Assembly: GCA_033852095.1 (NCBI GenBank)
Contig: JAWSVD010000029.1
Span: 6,266-70,265, forward strand
Source of the DNA: Granulosicoccaceae bacterium
GTDB taxonomy: Bacteria; Pseudomonadota; Gammaproteobacteria; CALCKW01
Direction: 5' to 3'
DNA: 64,000 nucleotides
Shown here: positions 32,012 through 46,464 of the stretch, piece by piece
Layout: each line of letters begins with the position of its first letter
Numbering within the stretch: position 1 is the first letter of the stretch
Made by a program: the position numbers and the translations under genes
The notes under the pieces: model-generated
The model's input: the letters and a program-made list of their open reading frames with translations, nothing else
Databases searched by the model: none
What the model was told of the DNA's origin: nothing

Positions 32012-33775
32012 ATGCATCGCTCCGGTGCCACAATTCGGCAAGACGAAGACAAACTGCACAGCCTGATCACTCAGCTGCGTGCTCGATGGGATGAGCTAAC
32101 CCTAACAAAATCAACGCCTTCTATGGTCACGCCTCAGCTAGAGGCCGCCGCCATGCAGGGCTTGCAATTGCAGCAACAGCCCTTCACGCCGCCCATCAAC
32201 GGCAAGGGATATTTTGTCGACAACATGATCGGCAACCTGTTAGACACCCTCGAAGAGTCCCTGCTGCACGCCGACAACATGGTCATTCTGGTCGGCGCGC
32301 CCAACAGCGGCAAGACCTGCTCTGTCGCACAGCTGATCAATTCGCTCTACGAGCAGCACCAAATATTCACCGTGCGCGGCAGCGCAGCCCAATCGGCCGA
32401 GCAGGCGATACGCAGTGTGCTGGGCGCCTTCCGCAGCACCACCCCGACGCACGTGGACGATTGCCTCGAGCAGCTGAGCAGCTACTTGGCCGAGTCCGAG
32501 CACAACGCCTCCATCAACCTGCTGGTGCTCGAGGACAGCGACCTGATGGACCGCCAAGAGCTGCAGCTCTTGCTCAACCACCTGGACCACCTCAACGAGA
32601 GCCTGAACGGCAACTTGAAGCTGCTGTTCAGCAGCGCCATGCCCGCAGAGCAATTGCTCAGCGGCTTGAATTCCGACCAGATCAGCCAGGGCCGGGTTGA
32701 AGAATTTCGCCAGCCCGTACTCGATCAAACGCAGACCATCGACTACATCGATGCGCGCTTGATGATGGCGGGCAGTGACGAGGAGCTGCCACTGTCTGAT
32801 CGCAGCATGCAATTCATTGTCGAGACATCGGCGGGCCTGCCCGGAGAGATCGACCAGGCGGCGGCCAATGCGCTGAACAGCCACTATAAAAAGAACCAGC
32901 TGAAAGCCCTGCTCACACCGACACACTGGATTGCAGCCTCGCGGCAATCCAGCCGATGGCTCGCGATCGGTGGCACCTTGCTGTTATCGGGCGTGGCCAT
33001 GGCTTTTTTCAGCGCCAATGCGCCCAGCGATCGCGACGGCACCACCGTGCGCGAAATTGCGGTACCGTCTGCGCGACAACAACAGCCTGCCGAGCTGCAA
33101 TTGGTCTCGCCGACCACGGAGCCGACTGCCACCGTCGCGGAAGCCACTGCCAAGCCCGCTGCAGCCCAAGCCGTTGCCAAAAAGACCAATGAGACAGCTG
33201 CCGCAGCCCCCGCTAGTGCAGCACCGGCTGTAGCGTCGGCTACCGCAGTGTCGGATGCCGCAACCACCACGGCCAAGAAAGCCGAGCTTGTCGCCCGTGC
33301 CGAGACACCAGCCAAGCCTGTCGCTGCCAAAGCAGCAGCGGTGGCAGAGCCCGTCGCACCCGAGCCCGTCGCACCCGAGCCGGTCGCCGTCGCACAGGCC
33401 GCGGCGCCTGCTAAAACCCAAAACACAGCCAAGCTGGCGGCAAAACCAGCGACCACAAGCAGTGACAGCTTTGTCAGTGGCGTGATCAGCGGGCACCAGT
33501 GGATTCTGCGGCGCGACCCCAAACGCTTCACCGCCCAGCTGTCCGCTGGCTGGAGCGAGCGCGACCTGCGTTTGTTTGCCACCCGCAACGGCATGACCAA
33601 CAAGACCGCTATCTACCGCACCGAACGCAACGGCAAGGGCTGGTTCTCCCTGATACACGGAGATTTCAGCTCCCCAGCCGAAGCGCGCGGTGTCATCGCC
33701 GAGCTGCCCGCGGTCTGGCGCAGCAACGCCCCCTGGATACGCAGCTTCAGCAGCGTACAGAAGGTGATCAAGTAA
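32012..33775 (+). CDS. AAA-ATPase / SPOR-domain protein (DamX- or PA5037-like)
   Basis: 587 aa. N-terminal ExeA/MshM-like P-loop (VGAPNSGKT), a TM segment, a long Ala/Pro-rich linker and a C-terminal SPOR domain (WILRR...TAIYRTERNGKGWFSLIHGDFSS). Occupies the PA5037 slot after aroB. Confidence 0.7.
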   Translation: MHRSGATIRQDEDKLHSLITQLRARWDELTLTKSTPSMVTPQLEAAAMQGLQLQQQPFTPPINGKGYFVDNMIGNLLDTLEESLLHADNMVILVGAPNSGKTCSVAQLINSLYEQHQIFTVRGSAAQSAEQAIRSVLGAFRSTTPTHVDDCLEQLSSYLAESEHNASINLLVLEDSDLMDRQELQLLLNHLDHLNESLNGNLKLLFSSAMPAEQLLSGLNSDQISQGRVEEFRQPVLDQTQTIDYIDARLMMAGSDEELPLSDRSMQFIVETSAGLPGEIDQAAANALNSHYKKNQLKALLTPTHWIAASRQSSRWLAIGGTLLLSGVAMAFFSANAPSDRDGTTVREIAVPSARQQQPAELQLVSPTTEPTATVAEATAKPAAAQAVAKKTNETAAAAPASAAPAVASATAVSDAATTTAKKAELVARAETPAKPVAAKAAAVAEPVAPEPVAPEPVAVAQAAAPAKTQNTAKLAAKPATTSSDSFVSGVISGHQWILRRDPKRFTAQLSAGWSERDLRLFATRNGMTNKTAIYRTERNGKGWFSLIHGDFSSPAEARGVIAELPAVWRSNAPWIRSFSSVQKVIK

Positions 33776-33789
33776 GCACCGCAGATTGA

Positions 33790-33815
33790 GGCCAGGTTCA
33801 CACCTGGCCTTTTTC
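33790..33815 (+). terminator. rho-independent terminator after the SPOR-domain gene
   Basis: GGCCAGGT-tcac-ACCTGGCC followed by tttttcttgg. Confidence 0.75.
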
Positions 33816-34388
33816 TTGGACGCGGCGAAACCTCTGCTCTGGATGCCTGCCCCACAGCAATGCAATGAGAGCGCAGGTTCAACTCGCCTCAGCAGCGGAA
33901 CTGGCTGACGCAGGCGCAGCCTGAAGAGCCCTGCGCACGACTCAGAACAGCATGCTAGCCGCCCAGAAAACGCTCAAATGCAAATGAAATGCAAATGGCA
34001 AATTGGCGTTAAGCTGTCCATCCGGTTATAATGGTCGGCCGTGTCGGGCCGCATGCGTATAAATTACGCGCTGAAGACGTGCTTTTTTCACCCCCCACGC
34101 CTTCTCAGCACAGCCACGACACAGGGCGCGCATGACGCGCCACACCCGATTCAGGACGCTATAACAACAATTTAGCGGCCTGACGGGTTTCGAATGACCC
34201 TAGTGTTGCCGTATTTTCTGGTTGTCGAATTTAGCCTTGCGCTTAAAATTCGGCAGGCTGGAGAACCGCCCTAAAAAAGTGCAACGCCGCATTTGAAAAC
34301 ACACAAATTTGCATCGCTGTTGCACAATTTTGCAGCGACCCCGCTGAGACAACTCGGCATGTTCACAGTAATTGCAGGTAGCTTCGCC

Positions 34389-38870
<4,482 letters not shown>

Positions 38871-38893
38871 GCGGCACGCTTCAAATTGATTGA

Positions 38894-38923
38894 GCCCGGT
38901 GCAAGTAGCGCCGGGCTTTTTTT
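38894..38923 (+). terminator. rho-independent terminator after gltB
   Basis: GCCCGGTGC-aagta-GCGCCGGGC followed by T7. Confidence 0.7.
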
Positions 38924-38956
38924 CGCCCTGAATATCGAGCCCCTACAGCGCCGCGA

Positions 38957-39715
38957 TCAACGGCCGCCGGTCACATCCATTGATGTGCCAGTGACATAAG
39001 AGGCCTGCTCGCTCAGCAACCACATGATCGCCTGCGCCACTTCCTTTGCGGTACCGCCACGCCCCATCGGCACTGATGCAGCCACGCGCTCTACTCGATC
39101 TGGCTCACCGCCGCTGGCGTGAATCTCCGTCTCGATCACCCCGGGCCGTACGCCGTTCACTCGCGCACCCAGAGGCGCCAACTCCAGTGCCAAGCCCTTG
39201 GTCAGCGAGTCAATCGCTCCTTTGCTCACCGCGTAATCCACGTATTCCCCCGGTGCGCCCAATTTGGCAGCCATCGAGGACAGGTTGACGATGCCGCGCC
39301 TGTGATCAACCGCCGGTGTCGCCGCATCGGACCAGCGCCGCGCCGCCTCACGAGCGCAGAGCATGCTGCCGATAACATTGATGTTCATCACCCGCTGCCA
39401 GCGCTCCAGCGATTGCTGCGCGAAGGGCATCTGATGCTCCAGCACACCGGCGTTATTGACCAGCGCCGTCAGCTCCCCCATCGACTGTGCAGCGTCAAAC
39501 AGGGCCAGCACCTCGGCCTCCTGCGCCACATCGGCCTGCTTCGCTTGCGCCACGCCACCACTCGCCTCGATCTCCGCCACCACGCTCGCGGCGGATTCAG
39601 CGTCGCGCGCGTAGTTCAGCAGCACTGCGTAACCGGCAGCAGCCGCCAATTTCGCCGTGGCAGCCCCTATGCCTCTGCTGCCGCCGGTCACCACCATTGC
39701 CCCATTGCCTGACAT
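38957..39715 (-). CDS. short-chain dehydrogenase/reductase (SDR) family oxidoreductase
   Basis: 252 aa, TGGSRGIG cofactor motif, NNAG, catalytic S...Y...K spacing. Confidence 0.8.
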   Translation of the reverse strand: MSGNGAMVVTGGSRGIGAATAKLAAAAGYAVLLNYARDAESAASVVAEIEASGGVAQAKQADVAQEAEVLALFDAAQSMGELTALVNNAGVLEHQMPFAQQSLERWQRVMNINVIGSMLCAREAARRWSDAATPAVDHRRGIVNLSSMAAKLGAPGEYVDYAVSKGAIDSLTKGLALELAPLGARVNGVRPGVIETEIHASGGEPDRVERVAASVPMGRGGTAKEVAQAIMWLLSEQASYVTGTSMDVTGGR

Positions 39716-39850
39716 CTGACTCTCCTTGGTTTAGCCGCGGCCAATCGCCGCCTGCTCAATTGGCTGGCTGGACATTTGCAACAACCCTGACAAAGCCAAC
39801 AGCACAGCCTGTTGTAGAATACCCTTATTCACCGTTTCACGAGCCCCACC

Positions 39851-41194
39851 ATGCCCCTGAAGAATTCAAGCAAGCCCGACCACCGCTGGCTGGCACGCCG
39901 CACCGGCGGCGCCGAAGAACACCGCTTACAGTTCAACGCGGGCGATCAGGACAGCCAATTCCAACGCGACCGCGCGCGCATTGTGCACGCCGCCGCCTTC
40001 CGCGCGCTGCAATCCAAAACCCAGGTCCTGGGCCTCGGTGAAAATGATTTTTACCGCACCCGACTGACCCACTCACTGGAAGTCGCGCAGATTGGCTCGG
40101 GTATCGTTGAACACTTGAACCAGAATGCCGGCGAAGACGCACGGCGCTGGCTGCCCACCGTGCCTCTGATGGACGCCATCTGCCTGTCCCACGACCTGGG
40201 GCATCCGCCCTTTGGCCACGGCGGCGAGGTCTCTTTGAACGCGGCGATGCTGCCCTACGGCGGTTTTGAGGGCAACGGCCAGACCCTGCGCATTCTCTCC
40301 AAGCTGGGGGAATTTTCGGAGTTTTGCGGCATCGACGTCACCCGCCGCACCATGCTCGGCGTGATCAAATACCCCGCCACCTACAGCCAAGTGGCCCAAT
40401 ACGCGCAGGCGCTGCCCGAGCCCAGGCCCCTTAATCTGCAGCACTGGCACCCGCCAAAATGCGTATACGACGACGAGCAGGATATATTGGATTGGGTGTT
40501 TGAACCCTTTGCGCAACATGACATCGACAGGCTGCAGACAACACAAGCCCGCAAGGACAACCACGCCAAGCCTTTGTACAAAGCTTTTGATACCAGCATC
40601 ATGGAGATTGCCGACGACATCGCCTACGGCATTCACGATCTGGAAGATGCGTTGGCGCTGCGGCTGATCAGCCGGGAGCGCTGGATGGATGACTTCGCCC
40701 CTCGTCTGAAGGCGCTCGCGCCCAACCCGCTGAGCGAGGAATTCGAATTCTACACCGAGCGCCTGATGAGCCCCGAGCCGCACCGCCGCAAGCACGCCAT
40801 CAGCCGGCTGGTGAACTACATGATCATCAACATCGACCTGCACTGCGACGAGAGCTTTGAACACCCACTGCTGCAACTACAAGCCAAGCAGCGCCCCGCC
40901 GCCAAAGCGCTGCTCGATCTCTGCCAGCAATTTATTTTCGATGAGGTGATTTTGCGGCCCGAGATTTTGGCGGTAAGACACCGTGGGCAGCGCGCCATGC
41001 TCTCGCTGTTCGACACCCTGCTGGCAAACCCCGCGCAGCTATTGCCCAGACCTGTCTACGCAAAATTTGAGGCGGCCAATGGCTCACCGCGCATACTCTG
41101 CGACTATCTCTCGGGCCTCACGGATGTCTCGGCAGCCAAGCTCTACAGGCGCCTGACCCTGCCCGGCGCCGGCTCTATATTCGATATGATTTGA
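39851..41194 (+). CDS. dgt: dGTPase-like deoxynucleoside triphosphate triphosphohydrolase (HD domain)
   Basis: 447 aa, F.RDR.RI.HS.AFRRL..KTQV and HD motif (LTHSLEVAQIG...HDLGHPPFGH). Type-2 Dgt-like family. Confidence 0.85.
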   Translation: MPLKNSSKPDHRWLARRTGGAEEHRLQFNAGDQDSQFQRDRARIVHAAAFRALQSKTQVLGLGENDFYRTRLTHSLEVAQIGSGIVEHLNQNAGEDARRWLPTVPLMDAICLSHDLGHPPFGHGGEVSLNAAMLPYGGFEGNGQTLRILSKLGEFSEFCGIDVTRRTMLGVIKYPATYSQVAQYAQALPEPRPLNLQHWHPPKCVYDDEQDILDWVFEPFAQHDIDRLQTTQARKDNHAKPLYKAFDTSIMEIADDIAYGIHDLEDALALRLISRERWMDDFAPRLKALAPNPLSEEFEFYTERLMSPEPHRRKHAISRLVNYMIINIDLHCDESFEHPLLQLQAKQRPAAKALLDLCQQFIFDEVILRPEILAVRHRGQRAMLSLFDTLLANPAQLLPRPVYAKFEAANGSPRILCDYLSGLTDVSAAKLYRRLTLPGAGSIFDMI

Positions 41195-41629
41195 CAGCAG
41201 ATTATTCGATCTTTATAAGATCGGATCCACATTTTCGGGACTGATAATCTCGAGTTTTGCAGCTCTCGCTGCGCTTTCGCGTCGCAACTGAAACAACACG
41301 GCTTCCGGTGAGGCGGGTATGGGCTCCCAGGCGAGCACCAGCTCGCGGTGAGGCGCACGGCACAGCGGCACTGCGCCCAAGGTTTTGGCGTGAAATTCAC
41401 GCAATAACCAAATGCATTGCGGGCGCGTGTTCATAGGGAAAAGCTGACATTTATCCATACCGTGGGCTTCGGCAGTGCACCTACGGTTCTGCATGGCTCA
41501 ATTTTGCTGCACAACAGTCCAATCTCCACCGGACAGCGAGCAAAGAGCGCTTGCCCCGCTCCGCGCGACGTAGTCCAATGAGACTTTGCAACGGCGGCAC
41601 GCGCCGCCCAATCACTGGAGGCTTGTCCC

Positions 41630-43180
41630 ATGAATGGCGCTGAAAGTCTGGTCCGTACGCTGATTGCCTCGGGCATTGAGCTGTGTTTCACCAATCCCGG
41701 CACCTCGGAGATGCATTTTGTCGCCGCCCTGGATCAGGTGCAGGGCATGCGCTCTGTGCTCTGCCTGTTTGAAGGCGTGGTGACGGGGGCGGCGGACGGC
41801 TACGCGCGCATGGCAGACAAACCCGCGGCCACGCTGCTGCACTGTGGCCCCGGACTTGGCAACGGCATCGCCAATCTGCACAACGCGCAAAAGGCGCGCT
41901 CGCCGGTGGTCAACATCGTCGGCGATCACGCCACCTGGCACGTGGCCTACAACGCCCCGCTGACAGCGGACGTGGAGGGCCTGGCAAAACCTGTGTCCGC
42001 CTGGGTCAAAACCTCCACCTCATCAAGTGCCGTCGCCGCTGACGGCGCGGCAGCAGTGGCCGCAGCGAAACAACACCCAGGCTGCATTGCCAGCCTGATT
42101 TTACCGGGCGACACAGCTTGGGAGGAAGCCGTTGCAGAGGCCCCGGCGGCGCCCACTGCGGAGATCCCAGCGCTCGAAGCACAGGCACTGGATGAGGCAG
42201 TCGCGCGCCTGCACAATGGCAAGCGCACCGCACTGCTGATCGGCGGCCACACCCTGCGCAAAGAACCGCTTAAAGTCGCGGCACGCATCGCGCAGGCAAC
42301 GGGTGCCGAGCTCTTCGCCCCCTCCAGCAATGCACGCATCAGCCGTGGCGCGGGCATAACACCCGTCTCCATCATCCCCTACCCGGTCGATCTAGCGCTC
42401 GCCGTGCTGGCGCAGTTCGAACAGATCATCACGGTAGGCGCCGCGGCGCCGGTGGCGTTTTTCGCCTACCCGGACAAGCCCAGCAGCTTGCTGCCGGCCG
42501 GCTGCGAGGTGCACGAGCTGACCAGCCCAGCACAAGACGGCGTGGCCGCACTCGAGGCGCTGGCCGATGCGCTCGGGGCCGAGCAGTCCGCTGAGATCGT
42601 CACCCAGCCCCTGCCGCCCCTGCCGCCCCTGCCCGAGGGCGAGCAGCTCAACCCGGAGGCGATCAACAGCCTGGTGGCGCACCGCCTACCTCCCAATGCC
42701 ATCATCATCGACGAAGCCATCACCGGCGGTCGCAGCTTGCACCCCATGACCGCCGGTGCACCGTGCCATGATCTGCTGCAGATAGTCGGCGGCTCCATCG
42801 GCATCGGGCCACCGCTGGCGGTGGGCGCAGCCATCGCCTGCCCGGACCGCAAAGTGCTGGCGATGCAGGCGGATGGCAGCGCCATGTACACCCTGCAGGC
42901 CCTCTGGACGCAGGCCCGCGAAGAGCTGGACATCACCACCGTGATCTACGCCAACCGCGCCTACGCGATCCTGCAACATGAGCTGAAAAATGTGGGCGCC
43001 AAAACAGGCAAGGTGGCGCAGGACATGATGCGGCTGGACCGGCCCGAGCTGGATTTTGTCGCCTTGGCCAAGGGCATGGGCGTGCCCGGCGAACGCGTCA
43101 CCACACCCGCCGCTTTTGACAAGGCACTGCAACACGGTCTGTCCACGCCTGGGCCCTACTTGATCGAAGCCTACTACTGA
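41630..43180 (+). CDS. thiamine-pyrophosphate-dependent enzyme (acetolactate-synthase-large-subunit-like)
   Basis: 516 aa. N-terminal TPP Pyr domain (CFTNPGTSEMHFVAAL...GYARMADKPAA.LLHCGPGLGNG), central domain and C-terminal PP domain (GGSIGIG...ADGSAMYT). Substrate not inferable. Confidence 0.75.
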   Translation: MNGAESLVRTLIASGIELCFTNPGTSEMHFVAALDQVQGMRSVLCLFEGVVTGAADGYARMADKPAATLLHCGPGLGNGIANLHNAQKARSPVVNIVGDHATWHVAYNAPLTADVEGLAKPVSAWVKTSTSSSAVAADGAAAVAAAKQHPGCIASLILPGDTAWEEAVAEAPAAPTAEIPALEAQALDEAVARLHNGKRTALLIGGHTLRKEPLKVAARIAQATGAELFAPSSNARISRGAGITPVSIIPYPVDLALAVLAQFEQIITVGAAAPVAFFAYPDKPSSLLPAGCEVHELTSPAQDGVAALEALADALGAEQSAEIVTQPLPPLPPLPEGEQLNPEAINSLVAHRLPPNAIIIDEAITGGRSLHPMTAGAPCHDLLQIVGGSIGIGPPLAVGAAIACPDRKVLAMQADGSAMYTLQALWTQAREELDITTVIYANRAYAILQHELKNVGAKTGKVAQDMMRLDRPELDFVALAKGMGVPGERVTTPAAFDKALQHGLSTPGPYLIEAYY

Positions 43181-43290
43181 TCCGTGCTGCGTTGGCCGGT
43201 GCAGCAAAGCTGCTCGGCCAGCAGCTGCGGGCGTCAAACAGGCGCCATCAACAGTGGCTTGCTGCACAGGGCCCGGTTCTGGCGCCTGCG

Positions 43291-43788
43291 CTAAAGATGC
43301 AACTGCCACAGGGCCACATCGGCGTCCTGATCAAACTTGCGCCCCACAGCGCGCAATACGCCCACGGATTCAAAGCCCAAGCGCCGGTGCAAAGCTTCAG
43401 AGCGCGCATTGGGCAAAGTGATGACACCGATCACCTCACGATACCCCGCGGCCCGCGCCGCCGCCAATAAGGCTGTGTACAGCGCACTTGCCGCGCCCCG
43501 ACCAACCGCCTCCGGCGCCATATAGACCGAGGACTCCACCGTGCCATCGTAGGCGGCCCGCGCCCGGAACTCGCCGTAATAGGCATAACCCAAAAGCTGC
43601 TCCCCATCAACGCCAACCAGCCACTCGTGCGTGGCTTGTTTGGCCTTAATCCTCTCAGCCATCTGTGCTGTGTCAACAGGCTCTGTCTCGAAAGAAACCA
43701 GCGTGTGCTGCACAAAATGGTTGTAGAGAGAAGCGATTGCATCCGCATCTGCTGCAGTGGCCCGCCGAATCTCCATCTCAGTCCTCAA
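43291..43788 (-). CDS. GNAT family N-acetyltransferase (phosphinothricin-acetyltransferase-like)
   Basis: 165 aa, IR.A...D...I..IYNH...T.SFE, acetyl-CoA binding VGRGAASALY. PAT-like. Confidence 0.8.
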   Translation of the reverse strand: MRTEMEIRRATAADADAIASLYNHFVQHTLVSFETEPVDTAQMAERIKAKQATHEWLVGVDGEQLLGYAYYGEFRARAAYDGTVESSVYMAPEAVGRGAASALYTALLAAARAAGYREVIGVITLPNARSEALHRRLGFESVGVLRAVGRKFDQDADVALWQLHL

Positions 43789-43920
43789 ATTATCGCTATC
43801 GAAGCATCAGTAGCTACCATCTGCGGTATTATGAAGCCAACCACACGCCGTAGCTGAAACTTTTGCCCTGATCCGGGCAAGCGGCCGGCAGCCCACTAAA
43901 TTTGCCCGAATGACACTCCC

Positions 43921-45651
43921 ATGGCCGGCTTGATACCACGCGCTTTTATCGATGACCTACTCGCTCGCCTCGACATTATCGACGTGATCAACACGCGGCT
44001 GCCCTTAAAAAAGAAAGGTGCAAATCACGGGGCCTGCTGCCCCTTCCACAACGAAAAAACCCCCTCCTTTTCGGTTAACCAAGCAAAGCAGTTCTATTAC
44101 TGCTTTGGCTGCGGCGCCAGCGGCACGGCGATCAGCTTTGTGATGGAATACGACCGCCTGGGTTTTGTGGAAGCGATCGAATCTCTCGCCGGCGAGCTGG
44201 GCGTGGACGTGCCGCGCGAGGGCGGCAACGACAAGCCCCGCGAAGACCACGGGGCTCTGTACGATGTGCTGGAAAAGTGCGCGAACTACTACCAGAACCA
44301 GCTGCGCGACAACCCAGACGCGGTGGAATACCTGAAACAACGCGGCCTGGACGGCGAGACCGCTAAAGCCTTTGGCCTCGGCTACGCCCCGGGTGGCTGG
44401 GACACGCTGGCCTCGGAAGGCATGCAGCAAAGCCCATTGGACAAGGCTGGCATGCTCGCGCACGGTGACAGCGGACGCCGTTACGACCGCTTCCGCGAGC
44501 GCGTGATGTTCCCCATCCGCGACCGCCGCGGCCGTACCATCGCCTTCGGCGGGCGCATCATGGGCGACGGCGAACCCAAGTACCTCAACTCCCCGGAGAC
44601 GCCTCTATTCCACAAAGGCAACTCCTTGTACGGCCTCTACGAGCTGCACCAGGCGCTGCGTCACCCGGAGCAGATCATTGTCGTCGAGGGCTACATGGAC
44701 GTGGTCTCGCTGGCGCAATTTGAGGTGCGCAACACGGTGGCCACCTTGGGCACCGCCACCACCACGGCGCACATCGACCTGCTGTTCCGCACCACCAAAG
44801 ATTTGGTGTTTTGTTTTGACGGTGACCGCGCCGGCCGCGCCGCCGCCTGGCGTGCCCTGGAGAACGCCTTGCCCGCCATGCGCGACGGCTGCGAGGCGCG
44901 TTTCCTACTGCTCGCCGACGGCGAAGATCCAGACAGCTACGTGCGTGCGCAGGGCAAAGCGGCTTTTGATGCACTGGTGGCCTCGGCCACGCCGCTGAGC
45001 CAGTTTTTATTCGATCACCTGACGGCAGATCGCGATCTAGAGAGCATCGGCGACCGCGCCAAAGTAGCGGAGGACGCGCGACCGCTGATCAACACCCTGC
45101 CCTCGGGCATCTACCGCGATCTGATGGGACAGCGACTCAGCGAGCTGGTGGGCACCCCCGTCAAACTGGACCCGCCACCTCCGCCACCACAGCCCCAGCG
45201 GGCATTGAAGCGCAAGAGCAAAAGTGGCAGCGGCCGCATGAGTACCATGCGCACGGCGCTGTCGATGATGCTGCAATTTCCCTCGCTGCTGGCCGAACAC
45301 GACCCCGAGCAGATTGAATGCCCCGCGGCGGACAGCGCCGCACCGGTATTTTATAAATTGGTCGCTTTAATCACCGCGAAGCCCAGCATTTCAACACCTT
45401 CATTGTTAGAGCAGTTTCGCGGTGAAAAATACGCCGACGCGCTGGCTGCGCTGGCTGCCTACAGCTTGCCCGACGACAATGAAATAGAGCAGGACGACGC
45501 CAAAGCCCTGCTCGCTGATAGCCTCAACCAGCTGCGTCGAGAAGCAGCCGCCACCCAGGCCGAACAATTACTCTACGGCCGCTCGCTCGGCGAGTTAACT
45601 GACGACGATAAAAAACTGTATGTGCAATTGCTGATGCGAAGTAAGAACTAA
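43921..45651 (+). CDS. dnaG: DNA primase
   Basis: 576 aa, zinc ribbon (CCPFHNEKTPSFSV...CFGCGASG), TOPRIM (VVEGYMDV, FDGDRAGR), C-terminal DnaB-interaction domain. Confidence 0.93.
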   Translation: MAGLIPRAFIDDLLARLDIIDVINTRLPLKKKGANHGACCPFHNEKTPSFSVNQAKQFYYCFGCGASGTAISFVMEYDRLGFVEAIESLAGELGVDVPREGGNDKPREDHGALYDVLEKCANYYQNQLRDNPDAVEYLKQRGLDGETAKAFGLGYAPGGWDTLASEGMQQSPLDKAGMLAHGDSGRRYDRFRERVMFPIRDRRGRTIAFGGRIMGDGEPKYLNSPETPLFHKGNSLYGLYELHQALRHPEQIIVVEGYMDVVSLAQFEVRNTVATLGTATTTAHIDLLFRTTKDLVFCFDGDRAGRAAAWRALENALPAMRDGCEARFLLLADGEDPDSYVRAQGKAAFDALVASATPLSQFLFDHLTADRDLESIGDRAKVAEDARPLINTLPSGIYRDLMGQRLSELVGTPVKLDPPPPPPQPQRALKRKSKSGSGRMSTMRTALSMMLQFPSLLAEHDPEQIECPAADSAAPVFYKLVALITAKPSISTPSLLEQFRGEKYADALAALAAYSLPDDNEIEQDDAKALLADSLNQLRREAAATQAEQLLYGRSLGELTDDDKKLYVQLLMRSKN

Positions 45652-45653
45652 AA

Positions 45654-46397
45654 ATGCCCCCGAGAATATACACCGACAAATCACTGCAGCCCGGGGAAAC
45701 CGTGGCATTGCCAAAAGCGCAGAGCACTCACTTGCTTAAAGTGCTGCGCCTAAAAGTGGGCGCCGCTGTGCAGCTATTTAACGGCGATGGTTATAACTAC
45801 AACGCGCATTTACAGGGTGACAACAAACGCGCAAGTTTGCATATACAAGCCCGAGAAAACAGCATCCCCCCTTCGCCGCTCGCCATTACATTGGTGCAAG
45901 GCGTGTCCCGCGGTGATCGCATGGATTTCAGCATTCAAAAAGCGGCCGAGCTGGGGGTGCACTGTATTCAGCCTGTCTTCAGCGAAAAAAGCAAAATGCG
46001 GCTCGACGAAGAGCGGCAACAAAAGAAAGTGCAACACTGGAAGTCGGTGGCAATCAGCGCCTGCGAGCAATGCGGCCGCAGTGATATTCCGGAGATACTG
46101 CCCCCTCAGACCCTCGCAAACTATATCGCCAACCCGCTAATAGGCCTGGGCTTGGTGCTCGCTTTTGGCGATCACCCAAATCTCGCCACGGCCGCCGCAC
46201 AAGCGCAAGGAAAGCTATCAGTGCTGATCGGTCCGGAGTCCGGCATCAGCGACAAAGAGCTCGCACAATCACTCGCCGCGGGCTGGCAGCCGAGCTCGTT
46301 GGGGCCACGCATTCTGCGCACCGAAACCGCCACCGCCACCGCGCTTGCTGTACTGCAGCACGCCGCCGGTGATTTACAGCGACCGCCCTTGTTTTAA
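45654..46397 (+). CDS. rsmE: 16S rRNA (uracil1498-N3)-methyltransferase
   Basis: 247 aa, PRIY...PUA-like N-terminus, FTIQK..ELGV, IAACEQCGR..IPEI, LIGPEGG.S..E. This aligns with E. coli RsmE. Begins 2 nt after the dnaG stop. Confidence 0.85.
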   Translation: MPPRIYTDKSLQPGETVALPKAQSTHLLKVLRLKVGAAVQLFNGDGYNYNAHLQGDNKRASLHIQARENSIPPSPLAITLVQGVSRGDRMDFSIQKAAELGVHCIQPVFSEKSKMRLDEERQQKKVQHWKSVAISACEQCGRSDIPEILPPQTLANYIANPLIGLGLVLAFGDHPNLATAAAQAQGKLSVLIGPESGISDKELAQSLAAGWQPSSLGPRILRTETATATALAVLQHAAGDLQRPPLF

Positions 46398-46464
46398 TTG
46401 CAATATTTGATTGTTTTCTGAGCGCTATCGATTAAAATAATCGTACCTGCAAAGATCAACTAAG

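Noticed and set aside
39851-41194. dGTPase-like gene as a possible anti-phage dNTP-depletion defence gene
   Set aside because: Domain content equals housekeeping type-2 Dgt-like enzymes. It is flanked by ordinary metabolic genes (SDR, TPP enzyme, GNAT), with no neighbouring defence, mobile or toxin genes. Nothing in the sequence distinguishes a defence variant.
41213-41449. Possible small ORF (MDKCQLFPMNTRPQCIW..., 78 aa) between dgt and the TPP-enzyme gene
   Set aside because: Mixed codon usage (about 60% GC3 versus more than 80% in neighbouring genes), no Shine-Dalgarno, no recognisable family, and its 3' end overlaps a near-palindrome (CGATCTTTATAAGATCG). It cannot be supported as a gene; it might be a promoter/operator region for the downstream TPP gene.
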